The position numbers were made by a program, and so were the translations under genes. 64,000 nucleotides of DNA, taken from Eledone cirrhosa. Taxonomy: Eukaryota. The notes beneath the pieces were generated by a model that was given only the letters and a program-made list of their open reading frames with translations, made no database searches and was not told the DNA's origin. Shown here one piece after another: positions 49,155 through 62,600 of this stretch (position 1 is its first letter; each line of letters begins with the position of its first letter). The DNA is taken from positions 45,446,001-45,510,000 of the forward strand of contig OZ024741.1 of assembly GCA_964016885.1 (NCBI GenBank), read 5' to 3'.

Positions 49155-52100
49155 CTTGAATCTCAGTCATTGATGTTAGTTAACTGGAAAGTCCGTTGGA
49201 ATGAATATCAAGCCACTACCTGCAGCCTCAGATATTCAGGACGTATCGGAGGGTTCTTGCTGTTCCCAGCAAGCATGCCTTTTGAAGCGTTCCAAAAAGA
49301 GTGAAGGGGCCGATTTTCTTTAACCATTCCTGGAAACTTTTGGAGATAGTCCCCAGTGCGCCTATGACAATCGGGATAACTTTGACTTCATGGCAGTTCC
49401 AAATCCTTTTTACCTCCCACTTTAAGTCCTGGTATCGGTTAATTTTCTCCCTCTCCTTCTCTTGCACTCTCGTGTCGAATGGGCAGGCCACATCCACAAT
49501 CAGACACGATCTTTTTTTCTTTGTCCACAACCACCAGGTCAGGTCTATTGTGTTCCAGTTTCTTGTCCGTCTGTATCCTAAAATCCCACAGCACCTTCAC
49601 CTGATCGTTCTCCATCACCGCCTCTGGCTTATGCTCATACTATTTCTCAGAATGTGGTAAATTGTTTACTTTGCACAGGTGCCAGTGGATCACCCTGCCC
49701 ATCACATCATGTCTCCAGCCCTTATAGTGGGTCTGGGCTAGGTGTTTACACTCGGACACAATGTGAGCCACAGTCTCCTCTCTCTCTCCACAGATCCTGC
49801 ACAGTGCTCTAGCCTCCTCCTTGTAAATATGGTGTTTCAACCACTTGGTTTTGAGGGCCTGTTCTTGCGCAGCCATTAACATTCCTTCTGTAGCCTTTTT
49901 TAAGGTCTCCTCTTCTCAACCAGTTCCATGTCTGTGGATCTCTAAATTCAGTTTTCTCAAAGAAGGTACTATGAAGGGATTTTTCCTGAAGGCTGCTCTT
50001 TCTCCTTGATGTTATTTCCTCCTTGGACATCCCCTGGCCTATTGTCCCCTCCTTCAGTACAGTTCTGAGCATTGGCTCCTTACTATCAGTCAGGTATTTG
50101 TGTAGGTTGTTTTTCTCCATCTGAACACAGTCCTCTATGCTGATAAGACCTCTTCCACCCTCAGATCTCCTTAGGTAGAGTCTATCGACATCACTCCTCT
50201 TGTGGAACATGTTGTAGATAGTCAATAACTTCCTAGTCTTCCTATCCATTTCTTTTTGTTCAGCAACATTCCATCTCAGAATTCCCGCACTGTACCTAAT
50301 AATAGACACAGCTCGGGAATTTACTGCGCTTATGGCATTTCTGCTGTTCAGATGTGACTTCAATACGCTCCTTACTCTCCGAATGTATTCAGTTCTTAAC
50401 AATTCTTTCATTTTTTTGTTCTTTATGCCATCAGCCTCCAGAACGCCCAAATACTTATATCCTTCCTCAGAATCAATTTCCTTTATCATCTCACCTGTTG
50501 GTATCTGGATTCCGTTACTTCTGCTCAACCTACCCCTCCTCATCACAATGACTCCACATTTGCTAATACCAAACTGCATACATATATCCCTGCTGAAAAT
50601 ACGGACAGTGTCAACAAGCACATCCAACTCCTTCTCACTCTTCCCGAAGAGCTTAAGATCGTCCATGAAGAGGAGGTGATTGATGGTAAGCCCTCCCTTC
50701 CCCAACCCGTATCCTGCTCTCACTTTTCGCAGTACACTGGTCAAGGGCATCAGGGCAAGGACAAACAACAGAGGGGACAGGCTATCTCCCTGGAAGATAC
50801 CTCTACTGATCTTCACGCTTCTCAAGGATTATCCAGTTGATGTCAACTCTGTTTCCCAGGACCTCATACTCTTGCCCAACAACTGTCTGATGTTATCTGT
50901 CACCTTGAAGATCTCCAGGCTTTTGGTGATCCAAGAATGAGGCACCATGTCAAATGCCTTTCTGTAGTCTATCCATCCCATGGCAAGATCAGTGTGTCTC
51001 CTCCTGCAATTCCCCATTACCATCTTATCAATAAGTAACTGGTCCTTTGTACCACGTGACTTCTTTCGGCATCCTTTCTGTTCGTCCGGTAACAAGTTGT
51101 TTGTGTGGAGGTGATGGTAGATTTCCTCAGACACAATGCTCGTCAACAGTTTCCACATTACGGACAGACATGTGATAGGTCTATAGTTGGTAACATCATT
51201 ACCCTTGATTCGGTCTTTCATTATCAGAACTGTGGTACCTTTTGTCAACCACTCTGGTACCTCACCTGACATCAAGCAGTCATTGAACATGGTTGTCAGT
51301 TTCGGGTGGAGGGATGTTATATTTTTAATCCAATACCCCTGCACACCATCTGGGCCTGGTGATTTCCAGTTGGTTAGTTTTTTTGGCCTGCCCCATAAGA
51401 GTTTCAACTGTGATACTCAATTCAGTTTGTTGGTGTGCCTGCTCACCGATCTCCCTTTGTACTGTCTCAATCCATCCTGCCTGGTCATTATGTCTAACAT
51501 CCTGCTCCCATATTCCTCTCCAGAATGTTTTAGTTTGTTCCGCCCGAGGGATCAAGTCGTTGCCTCTTTCTTTCCCCTCAAGCTGTCCAAACAGCATCTT
51601 CTGGTTGTTGTCGAACATGCGGTTCTGTTTATACTGACTGACTCTGTTCTCGTATCGCCTGATTTTTGCACTCTTTGCTACAATGCGTTGCTTCAGTTCC
51701 TCTATGATAATATTTAGCTTTTTCCTCCTAGTTTTGTACGTTTTTTCCAGTTATTTTTAGTGCCTATGTTTTTTAGTGTCCCATTCAGTAGTGACTCAAG
51801 CTTTCCTATGTCATTTCTCATTTCCCTGATTTGACCACTCAGTCGTTTCTTCCACCAAGGCTCTGCTCTTTCTTGTCTGTTGCTTGCTCTCACTTTTATA
51901 CCAAGTAGTTTCCTCACCGTATTTGCTGTTGCTTTGAGGATATTGTTGCACTGGTGAAGGCTCCTCGCCTCAAGGTATGGGATGACTTTGTTTACCTTAG
52001 CTGTTGTTTCTTTTAACTTTTTCCTGTCTACAAATCTTAGGTTCATAGGTCTCCCACTATCATTGTTCAATTCATCTACCACTAAATTTAGGATGTCAAC

Positions 52101-53917
52101 CGAATCTTGTCCTAGCCCGTCAGCATTCATCTCCTCAGTGGCCGTATCTCTGTTCCAGGTATTATTTATCTCAGTATTCAGATCATTGTCTGCTTCGGGT
52201 GGTTCCTCCGTTCTCTCGACCTCTTCACCTTCATTTCCCACTGGCTCGTTTGTCTGGCATACTCTATACTCCATCTCCAAGCTAATCTCTCTGCTCAGTT
52301 CCTCCAGTTCCAGCTCGCTTATCCACCCATTAGTTCTTATTACCCGAGCCTGCCCGGCCAATTTTTGTTCATCTAATTTAAATAGACCAATCTCGTTCCA
52401 GATGTTATGCATCCGTCTCCTATAGCCCCTCTCCTTGGGGTTACTTTTCAGGTAACATTGCATAACAGTTCTATTCAATTCTTTCGTCCAGTTGGTTCTG
52501 GTCCCTTTCCTTCTTCTTCTTCCTCCGACACCAGCAGTATTTGGTTGACAGCCAGGTTCCTGCTGCTGAGCCAGGGAGCACCTGTTGGGTGAGAGTCTGT
52601 CACATGACGTTCTAGTCTCCATTTCACCGTTATTCGAACTGTTCAGGTTCGATATTTAAACACTCTTATCGAGGATTGGCGAATGTATGGTTACATAGCC
52701 ATCTGTGGATTCACCGTCTCCGGCGGTTGCGCTGCTCCACTTGGCTCTTGTGTGGCATTATCACCACGCTGTAGACGAACACAAATAAACAAACAAACAA
52801 ACAGGCAGAAAAAAACCCAAAAATGAATAAGCATAAGTTTCATTGTAATGTAGTGTTCGAATGTCTGACTTAGTTTTTCCCTTCTCTTCTCTGTCCATCC
52901 GCTTGTTTCTCTCTTCATTCTTATTTTCTTTACGTTTTTTTTTGTTTTTGTTTTTCTCTGTTTGTTTTTCTCTTATTTTGCTGTTGTTGCTGTGCTACTT
53001 TGGTTTTGATGTTTGTTTTTTCTTTTGAGTCTATCTATATATTTTGATGCCTTCCTCTTTTTTAGTAGGAATTCTATAATGTGGTGGCAGCAACTAGCAG
53101 GAAGCAATGGGAGAGAATAGCGGCGGTAGCGATACTGAGACAGTGGTGGTGGTGATGTCGATACTGAGGCAGTGGTGGTGGTGATGTGATCGTATTACTG
53201 TAGTGATGGTGTTGTAGCGGTGGTAGCAATGAAGGAGTGGTGGCGGCGGTGATGGGATAGTGATAGTAATGATGGCAGTGGTGGTGGTGATGTGATCGTA
53301 TTACTGTAGTGATGGTGTTGTAGCGGTGGTAGCAATGAAGGAGTGGTGGCGGCGGTGATGGGATAGTGGTAGTAATGATGGATGGGCGGCGTTGTCGTTA
53401 CTGATGTCCGTTCGGTGAATCTATGGGGTTAGTCGCGTATATGTGTTGACATAAATTCCCTTGATGTTGGAATTAAACATTTTGTTAAAACTTGGGACAA
53501 TAATAATAGTATTTATTATTATCATTATTATGTTGAGATTGGTTGTGGTGGTGGTGAAATTGCCGTTATCTGGCTGTTGTGTTTAGTGTACACAGAGAGT
53601 AGATGGGGTAGGTGGTGTATCTAGTTTCTGGTGTTGGAGAGATTGGTGTTGTTTGGCTGTTCTATATAGTGTAGACAGAGGAGGGGGGGGGTTCTTCTTC
53701 TTCCATTTATAGCCATTTTCTTTTTTGAATATACAATGTACAATACATGGTTGAATATTTGAATATTTGAGCCTTATAACAATATATTTTGGGTCCGAAT
53801 TTTTTGGGGGGCTCAAGCCGGATGCTTTACGTAGCATTTGTACTAAGAGTTGTTATTCCACAAATGATTTAAATATGTTAAAAATACAAAACTTACGGGA
53901 GCGATTTCATGACCTTC
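49153..53917 (-). mobile_element. Dong family B copy 1, full length, frameshifted
   Basis: ORF fragments 52622-49228 with RT, CRIC..H...C and RPD motifs; 1.3-kb 5'UTR. Confidence 0.93.
52769..53896 (-). other. Candidate 5'UTR intron of Dong-B
   Basis: Donor GTAAGT at 53896-53891; long U-rich tract ending CTACAG at 52769; both conserved in copy 2 (58463, 57589), acceptor in copy 3 (63262). Confidence 0.55.
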
Positions 53918-53926
53918 TTATTATTA

Positions 53927-53966
<40 letters not shown>

Positions 53967-53978
53967 GTTGTTGTTATT

Positions 53979-56900
53979 CCTTGAATCTCAGTCATTGATG
54001 TTGGTTAACTGGAAAGTCCGTTGGAATGAATATCAAGCCACTACCTGCAGCCTCAGATATTCAGGACGTATCGGAGGGTTCTTGCTGTTCCCAGCAAGCA
54101 TGCCTTTTGAAGCGTTCCAAAAAGCGTGAAGGGGCCGATTTTCTTTAACCATCCCTGGAAACTTTTGGAGATAGTCCCCAGTGTGCCTATGACAATCGGG
54201 ATCACTTTGACTTCATGGCAGTTCCAAATCCTTTTCACCTCCCACTTTAGGTCCTGGTATCGGTTAATTTTCTTCCTCTCCTTCTCTTGCACTCTCGTGT
54301 CGAATGGGCAGGCCACATCCACAATCAGACACGATCTTTTTTCTTTGTCCACAACCACCAGGTCAGGTCTATTGTGTTTCAGTTTCTTGTCCGTCTGTAT
54401 CCTAAAATCCCACAGCACCTTCACCTGATCGTTCTCCATCACCACCTCTGGCCTATTCTCATACCATTTCTCAGAATGTGGTAAATTGTTTACTTTGCAC
54501 AGGTGCCAGTGGATCACCCTGCCCATCACATCATGTCTCCAGCCCTTATAGTGGGTCTGGGCTAGGTGTTTAGACTCGGATACAATGTGAGCCACAGTCT
54601 CCTCTCTCTCTCCACAGATCCTACACAGTGGGCTAGCCTCCTCCTTGTAAATATGGTGTTTCAACAACTTCGTTTTGAGGGCCTGCTCCTGCGCAGCCAT
54701 TAGCATTCCTTCTGTAGCCTTTTTGAGGTCTCCTCTTCTCAACCAGTTCCATGTCTGTGGATCTCTAAATTAAGTTTTCTCAAAGAAGGTACTATGAAGG
54801 GATTTTCCCTGAAGGCTGCTCTTTCTCCTTAATGTTATTTCCTCCTTGGACATCCCCTGGCCTACTGTCCCCTCCTTCAGAACAGTTCTGAGCATTGGCT
54901 CCTTACTATCAGTCAGGTATTTGTATAGGTTGTTTTTCTCCATGTGAACACAGTCCTCTATGCTGATAAGACCTCTTCCACCCTCAGATCTCCTTAGGTA
55001 GAGTCTATCGACATCACTCCTCTTGTGGAACATGTTGTAGATAGTCAATAGCTTCCTAGTCTTCCTATCCATTTCTTTTTGTTCAGCAACATTCCATCTC
55101 AGAATTCCCGCACTGTACCTAATAATAGACACAGCTCGGGAATTTACTGCGCTTATGGCATTTCTGCTGTTCAGATGTGACTTCAATACGCTCCTTACTC
55201 TCCGAATGTATTCAGTTCTTAACAATTCCTTCATTTTTTTGTTCTTTATGCCATCAGCCTCCAGAACGCCCAAATACTCATATCCTTCCTCAGAATCAAT
55301 TTCCTTTATCATCTCACCTGTTGGTATCTGGATTCCGTTACTTCTGCTCAACCTACCCCTCCTCATCACAATGACTCCACATTTGCTAATACCAAACTGC
55401 ATACATATATCCCTGCTGAAAATACGGACAGTGTCAACAAGCACATCCAACTCCTTCTCACTCTTCCCGAAGAGCTTAAGATCGTCCATGAAGAGGAGGT
55501 GATTGATGGTAAGCTCTCCCTTTCCCAACTTGTAGCCTGCTCTCACTTTTCGCAGCATAATGGTCAAGGGCATCAGGGCAAGGACAAACAACGGAGGGGA
55601 CAGGCTATCTCCCTGGAAGATACCTCTCTTGATCTTCACTCTTCCCAAGCATTCTCCAGTTGATGTCAACTCTGTCTCCCAGGACCCCATACTCCTGCCC
55701 AGCAACTGTCTGATGTTATCTGCCACATTGAAGATCTCCAGGCTTTTGGTGATCCAAGAATGAGGCACCATGCCAAATGCCTTTCTGTAGTCTATCCATC
55801 CCATGGCAAGATCAGTGTGTCTCCTCCTGCAATTCCCCATTACCATCTTATCAATAAGTAACTGGTCCTTTGTACCACGGGACTTCTTTCGGCATCCTTT
55901 CTGTTCGTCCGGTAACAAGTTGTTTGTGTGGAGGTGATGGTAGATTTCCTCAGACACAATGCTCGTCAACAGTTTCCACATTACGGACAGACATGTGATA
56001 GGTCTATAGTTGGTAACATCATTACCCTTGATTCGGTCTTTCATTATCAGAACTGTGGTACCTTTTGTCAACCACTCTGGCACCTCACGCGACACCAAGC
56101 AGTCATTGAACATGGCCGTCAGCTTCGGGTGGAGGGATGTTAAATTTTTAATCCAATACCCCTGCACACCATCTGGGCCTGGTGATTTCCAGTTGGTTAG
56201 TTTTTTGGCCTGCCCCTTAAGAGTTTCAACTGTGATACTCAAATCAGTTTGTTGGTGTGCCTGCTCACCGATCTCCCTCTGTACTGTCTCAATCCACCCT
56301 GCCTGGTCATTATGTCTAACATCCTGCTCCCATATTCCTCTCCAGAATGTTTTAGTTTGTTCCGCCCGAGGGATCAAGTCGTTGCCTCTTTCTTTCCCCT
56401 CAAGCTGTCCAAACAGCATCTTCTGGTTGTTGTCGAACATGCGGTTCTGTTTATACTGACTGACTCTGTTCTCGTATCGCCTGATTTTTGCACTCTTTGC
56501 TACAATGCGTTGCTTCAGTTCCTCTATGATAATATTTAGCTTTTTCCTCCTAGTTTTGTACTTTATTTCCAGTTATGTTTAGTGCCTGTTTTTTAGTGTC
56601 CCATTCAGAAGTGACTCAAGCTTTCCTATGTCATTTCTCATTTCCTTGATTTGACCACTCAGTCGTTTCTTCCACCAAGGCTCTGCTCTTTCTTGTCTGT
56701 TGTTTCCTCTCGCTTTTATACCAAGTAGTTTCCTCACCGTACTTGCTGTTGCTTTGAGGATATTGTTGCACTGGTGAAGGCTCCTCGCCTCAAAGTATGG
56801 GATGACTTTGTTTACCTTAGCTGTTGTTTCTTTTAACTTTTTCCTGTGTACAAATCTTAGGTTCATAGGTCTCCCACTATCATTGTTCAATTCATCTACC

Positions 56901-58502
56901 ACTAAATTTAGGATGTCAACCGAATCTTGTCCTAGCCCGTCAGCATTCATCTTCTCAGTGGCCGTATCTCTGTTCCAGGTATTATTTATCTCAGTATTCA
57001 GATCATTGTCTGCCTCGGGTGGTTCCTCCGTTCTCTCGACCTCTTCACCTTCATTTCCCACTGGCTCGTTTGTCTGGCATACTACACCCTCCATCTCCAA
57101 GCTATTCTCTCTGCTCAGTTCCTCCAGTTCAAGCTCGCTTATCCACCCATTAGTTCATATTACCCGAGCCTGCCTGGCCAATTTTTGTTCATCTAATTTA
57201 AATAGAACAATCTCGTTCCAGATGTTATGCATCCGTCTCCTATAGCCCCTCTCCTTGGGGTTACTTTTCAGGTAACATTGCATAACAGTTCTATTCAATT
57301 CTTTCGTCCAGTTGGTTCTGGCCCCTTTCCTTCTTCTTCTTCCTCCAACATCAGCAGTATTTGGTTGACAGTCAGGTTCCTGCTGCTGAGCCAGGGAGCA
57401 CCTGTTGGGTGAGAGTCTGTCACATGACGTTCTAGTCTCCATTTCACCGTTATTCGAACTGTTTAGGTTCGATATTTAAACACTCTTATCGAGGATTGGC
57501 GAATGTATGGTTACATAGCCATCTGTGGATTCACCGTCGCCGGTGTTTGCGCCGCTCCACTTGGCACTTGTGTGGCATTATCACCACGCTGTAGACAAAC
57601 ACAAATAAACAAACAAACACACAGGCAGAAAAGACCCCAAAAATGAATAAGCATAAGTTTCATTGTAATGTAGTGTTCGAATGTCTGACTTAGTTTTTCC
57701 CCCTTCTTCTCTGTCCGTCCGCTTGTTCCCCTCTTCATTCTTATTTTCTTACGTTTTTTTTTTTTTTTTTTTTTTTTTTTTTCTCTGTTTGTTTTTCTCG
57801 TTTTTTGCTGTTGTTGCTGTGCTGCTTTGGTTTTGTTGTTTGTTTTTTTCTTTTTTCTTTTGAGTCTATCTATATATTTTGATGCCTTCCTCTTTTTTAG
57901 TAGTAGGAATTCTATAATGTGGTGGCAGCAGCTAGCAGGGAGAAGTGGGAGACAGTAGCGGCGGTAGCGATACTGAGACAGTGGTGGTGGTGATGTCGAT
58001 ACCGAGTCAGTGGTGGTGGTGATGTGATCGTATTACTGTAGTGATGGTGTTGTAGCGGTGGTAGCAATGAAGGAGTGGTGGCGGCGGTGATGGGATAGTG
58101 GTGGTAATGATGGCAGTAGTGAGTGGTGGTGGTGAAATTGCCGTTATCTGGCTGTTTTGTTTAGTGTACACAGAGAGGTGATGGGGAAGGTGGTGTATCT
58201 AGTTTCTGGTGTTGGTGAGATTGGTGTTGTTTGGCTGTTCTATATAGTGTAGACAGAGGGGGGGTCTTCTTCCATTTATAGCCATTTTCTTTTTTGACTA
58301 TACAATGTGCAATACAAAGTTGAATATTTGAATATTTGAACCTTATAACAATATATTTTGGGTCCGAATTTTTTGGGGCTCAAGCCGGATGCTTTACATA
58401 GCATTTGTACTAAGAGTTGTTATTTCACAAATGATTTAAACATGTTAAAAATTCAAAACTTACAGGAGCGATTTCATCCACCATCTCGTGCGTCTTCTTC
58501 CC
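53979..58502 (-). mobile_element. Dong family B copy 2, full length, disrupted
   Basis: ORF fragments 57442-54053; 5' end ...gtgcgtcttcttccc abutting TTA. Confidence 0.93.
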
Positions 58503-58527
58503 TTATTATTATTATCACCATTGTTAT

Positions 58528-59606
58528 TCCTTGAATCTCAGTCATTGATGTTGGTTAACTGGAAAGTCCGTTGGATTGAATATCAAGCCACTACCTGCAG
58601 CCTCAGATATTCAGGACGTATCGGAGGGTTCTTGCCGTTCCAAGCAAGCATGCCTTTTGAAGCGTTCCAAAAAGCGTGAAGGGGCCGATTTTCTTTAACC
58701 ATCCCTGGAAACCTTTGGAGATAGTCCCCAGTGCGCCTATGACAATCGGGATCACTTTGACTTCATGGCAGTTCCAAATCCTTTTCACCTCCCACTTTAG
58801 GTCCTGGTATCGGTTAATTTTCTCCCTCTCCTTCTCTTGCACTCTCGTGTCGAACGGGCAGGCCACATCCACAATCAGGCACGATCTATTTTCTTTGTCC
58901 ACAACCACCAGGTCAGGTCTATTGTGTTCCAGTTTTTTGTCCGTCTGTATCCTAAAATCCCACAGCACCTTCACCTGACTGTTCTCCATCACCGCCTCTG
59001 GCCTATGCTCATACCATTTCTCAGAATGTGGTAGATTGTTTACTTTGCACAGGTGCCAGTGGATCACCCTGCCCATCACATCGTGTCTCCAGCCCTTATA
59101 GTGGGTCTGGGCTAGGTGTTTACACTCGGACACAATGTGGGCCACAGTCTCCTCTCTCTCTCCACAGATCCTGCACAGTGGGCTAGCCTCCTCCTTGTAG
59201 ATATGGTGCTTCAACCACTTCGTTCTGAGGGCCTGCTCCTGCGCAGCCATTAGCATTCCTTCTGTAGCCTTTTTGAGGTCTCCTCTTCTCAACCAGTTCC
59301 ATGTCTGTGGATCTCTAAATTCAGTTTTCTCAAAGAAGGTACTATGAAGGGATTTTCCCTTAAGGCTGCTCTTCCTCCTTGATGTTATTTCCTCCTTCGA
59401 TATCCCCTGGCCTACTGTCCCCTCCTTCAGTACAGCTCTGAGCATTGGCTCCTTACTATAGGTCACGTATTTGTATAGGTTGTTTTTCTCCATCTGAACA
59501 CAGTCCTCTATGCTGATAAGACCTCTTCCACCCTCAGATCTCCTTAGGTAGAGTCTATCGACATCACTCCTCTTGTGGAACATGTTGTAGATAGTCAATA
59601 GCTTCC

Positions 59607-59608
<2 letters not shown>
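58528..59608 (-). mobile_element. Dong family B 3' fragment (~1.1 kb)
   Basis: ORF 58603-59598; TTA flanks. Confidence 0.92.
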
Positions 59609-59655
<47 letters not shown>

Positions 59656-59666
59656 GTTATTGTTAT

Positions 59667-62600
59667 TCCTTGAATCTCAGTCATTGATGTTGGTTAACTG
59701 GAAAGTCCGTTGGATTGAATATCAAGCCACTACCTGCAGCCTCAGATATTCAGGACGTATCGGAGGGTTCTTGCCGTTCCAAGCAAGCATGCATTTTGAA
59801 GCGTTCCAAAAAGCGTGAAGGGGCCGATTTTCTTTAACCATCCCTGGAAACCTTTGGAGATAGTCCCCAGTGCGCCTATGACAATCGGGATCACTTTGAC
59901 TTCATGGCAGTTCCAAATCCTTTTCACCTCCCACTTTAGGTCCTGGTATCGGTTAATTTTCTCCCTCTCCTTCTCTTGCACTCTCGTGTCGAACGGGCAG
60001 GCCACATCCACAATCAGGCACGATCTTTTTTCTTTGTCCACAACCACCAGGTCAGGTCTATTGTGTTCCAGTTTTTTGTCCATCTGTATCCTAAAATCCC
60101 ACAGCACCTTCACCTGACTGTTCTCCATCACCGCCTCTGGCCTATGCTCATACCATTTCTCAGAATGTGGTAGATTGTTTACTTTGCACAGGTGCCAGTG
60201 GATCACCCTGCCCATCACATCGTGTCTCCAGCCCTTATAGTGGGTCTGGGCTAGGTGTTTACACTCGGACACAATGTGAGCCACAGTCTCCTCTCTCTCT
60301 CCACAGATCCTGCACAGTGGGCTAGCCTCCTCCTTGTAGATATGGTGCTTCAACCACTTCGTTTTGAGGGCCTGCTCCTGCGCAGCCATTAGCATTCCTT
60401 CTGTAGCCTTTTTGAGGTCTCCTCTTCTCAACCAGTTCCATGTCTGTGGATCTCTAAATTCAGTTTTCTCAAAGAAGGTACTATGAAGGGATTTTCCCTT
60501 AAGGCTGCTCTTCCTCCTTGATGTTATTTCCTCCTTGGATATCCCCTGGCCTACTGTCCCCTCCTTCAGTACAGCTCTGAGCATTGGCTCCTTACTATAG
60601 GTCACGTATTTGTATAGGTTGTTTTTCTCCATCTGAACACAGTCCTCTATGCTGATAAGACCTCTTCCACCCTCAGATCTCCTTAGGTAGAGTCTATCGA
60701 CATCACTCCTCTTGTGGAACATGTTGTAGATAGTCAATAGCTTCCTAGTCTTCCTATCCATTTCTTTTTGTTCAGCAACATTCCATCTCAGAATTCCCGC
60801 ACTGTACCTAATAATAGACACAGCTCGGGAATTTACTGCGCTTATGGCATTTCTGCTGTTCAGATGTGACTTCAATACGCTCCTTACTCTCCGAATGTAT
60901 TCAGTTCTTAACAATTCCTTCATATTTTTGTTCTTTATGCCATCAGCCTCCAGAACGCCCAAATACTTGTATCCTTCCTCAGAGTCAATTTCCTTTATCA
61001 TCTCACCTGTTGGTATCTGGATCCCGTTACTTCTGCTCAACCTACCCCTCCTCATCACAATGACTCCACATTTACCAATACCAAACTGCATACATATATC
61101 ACTGCTGAAAATACGGACAGTGTCAACAAGCACATCCAACTCCTTCTCACTTTTCCCGAAGAGCTTAAGATCGTCCATGAAGAGGAGGTGATTGATGGTA
61201 AGCTCTCCCCTTCCCAACTTGTATCCTGCTCTCACTTTTCGCAGCATAATGGTCAAGGGCATCAGGGCAAGGACAAACAACAGAGGGGACAGGCTATCTC
61301 CCTGGAAGATACCTCTCTTGATCTTCACGCTTCCCAAGGATACTCCAGTTGATGTCAACTCTGTCTCCCAGGACCCCATACTCCTGCCCAGCAACTGTCT
61401 GATGTTATCTGCCACCCTGAAGATCTCCAGGCTTTTGGTGATCCAGGAATGAGGCACCATGTCAAATGCCTTTCTGTAGTCTATCCATCCCATGGCAAGA
61501 TCAGTGTGTCTCCTCCTGCAATTCCCCATTACCATCTTATCAATAAGCAACTGGTCCTTTGTACCACGTGACTTCTTTCGGCATCCTTTCTGTTCGTCCG
61601 GCAACAAGTTGTTTGTGTGGAGGTGATGGTAGATTTCCTCAGACACAATGCTCGTCAACAGTTTCCACATTACGGGCAGACATGTGATAGGTCTATAGTT
61701 GGTAACATCATTACCCTTGATTCGGTCTTTCATTATCAGAACTGTGGTACCTGTTGTCAACCACTCTGGCACCTCACCCGACACCAAGCAGTCATTGAAC
61801 ATGGCCGTCAGCTTCGGGTGGAGGGATGTTAAATTTTTAATCCAATACCCCTGCACACCATCTGGGCCTGGTGATTTCCAGTTGGTTAGTTTTTTGGCTT
61901 GCCCCTTAAGAGTTTCAACTGTGATACTCAAATCAGTCTGTTGCTGTGCCTGCTCACCGATCTCCCTCTGTACTGTCTCAATCCACCCTGCCTGGGCATT
62001 GTGTCTAACATCCTGCTCCCATATTCCTCTCCAGAATGTTTTAGCTTGTTCCGCCCCAGGGATCAAGTCGTTGCCTCTTTCTTTCCCCTCAAGCTGTCCA
62101 AACAGCATCTTCTGGTTGTTGTCGAACATGCGGTTCTGTTTATACTGACTGACTCTGTTCTCGTATCGCCTGATTTTGGCACTCTTTGCTACAATGCGTT
62201 GCTTCAATTCCTCTATGATAATATTTAGCTTTTTACTCCTAGTTTTGTATTTTATTTCCAGTTATTTTTAGTGCCTATGTTTTTTAGTGTCCCATTCAGT
62301 AGTGACTCAAGCTTTCCTATGTCATTTCTCATTTCCTCGATTTGCCCACTCAGTCGCTTCTTCCACCACGGCTCTGCTCTTTCTTGTCTGTTGTTTCCTC
62401 TCGCTTTTATACCAAGTAGTTTCCTCACCGTATTTGCTGTTGCTTTGAGGATATTGTTGCACTGGTGAAGACTCCTCGCCTCAAGGTATGGGATGACTTT
62501 GTTTACCTTAGCTGTTGTTTCTTTTAACTTTTTCCTGTCTACAAATCTTAGGTTCATAGGTCTCCCACTATCATTGTTCAACTCATCTACCACTAAATTT

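Noticed and set aside
51770-51778. A_AAA_AAC slippery site explaining the Dong-B break
   Set aside because: A -1 shift there meets TAA three codons later, before the RT frame opens
52691-52918. 75-aa upstream ORF in all three Dong-B copies
   Set aside because: Spans the low-complexity pyrimidine tract and accumulates substitutions and indels; no evidence of protein-level constraint
20399-59666. CRISPR-like or telomeric array
   Set aside because: Separators are variable-length trinucleotide tracts and spacers are LINEs; no TTAGGG repeats
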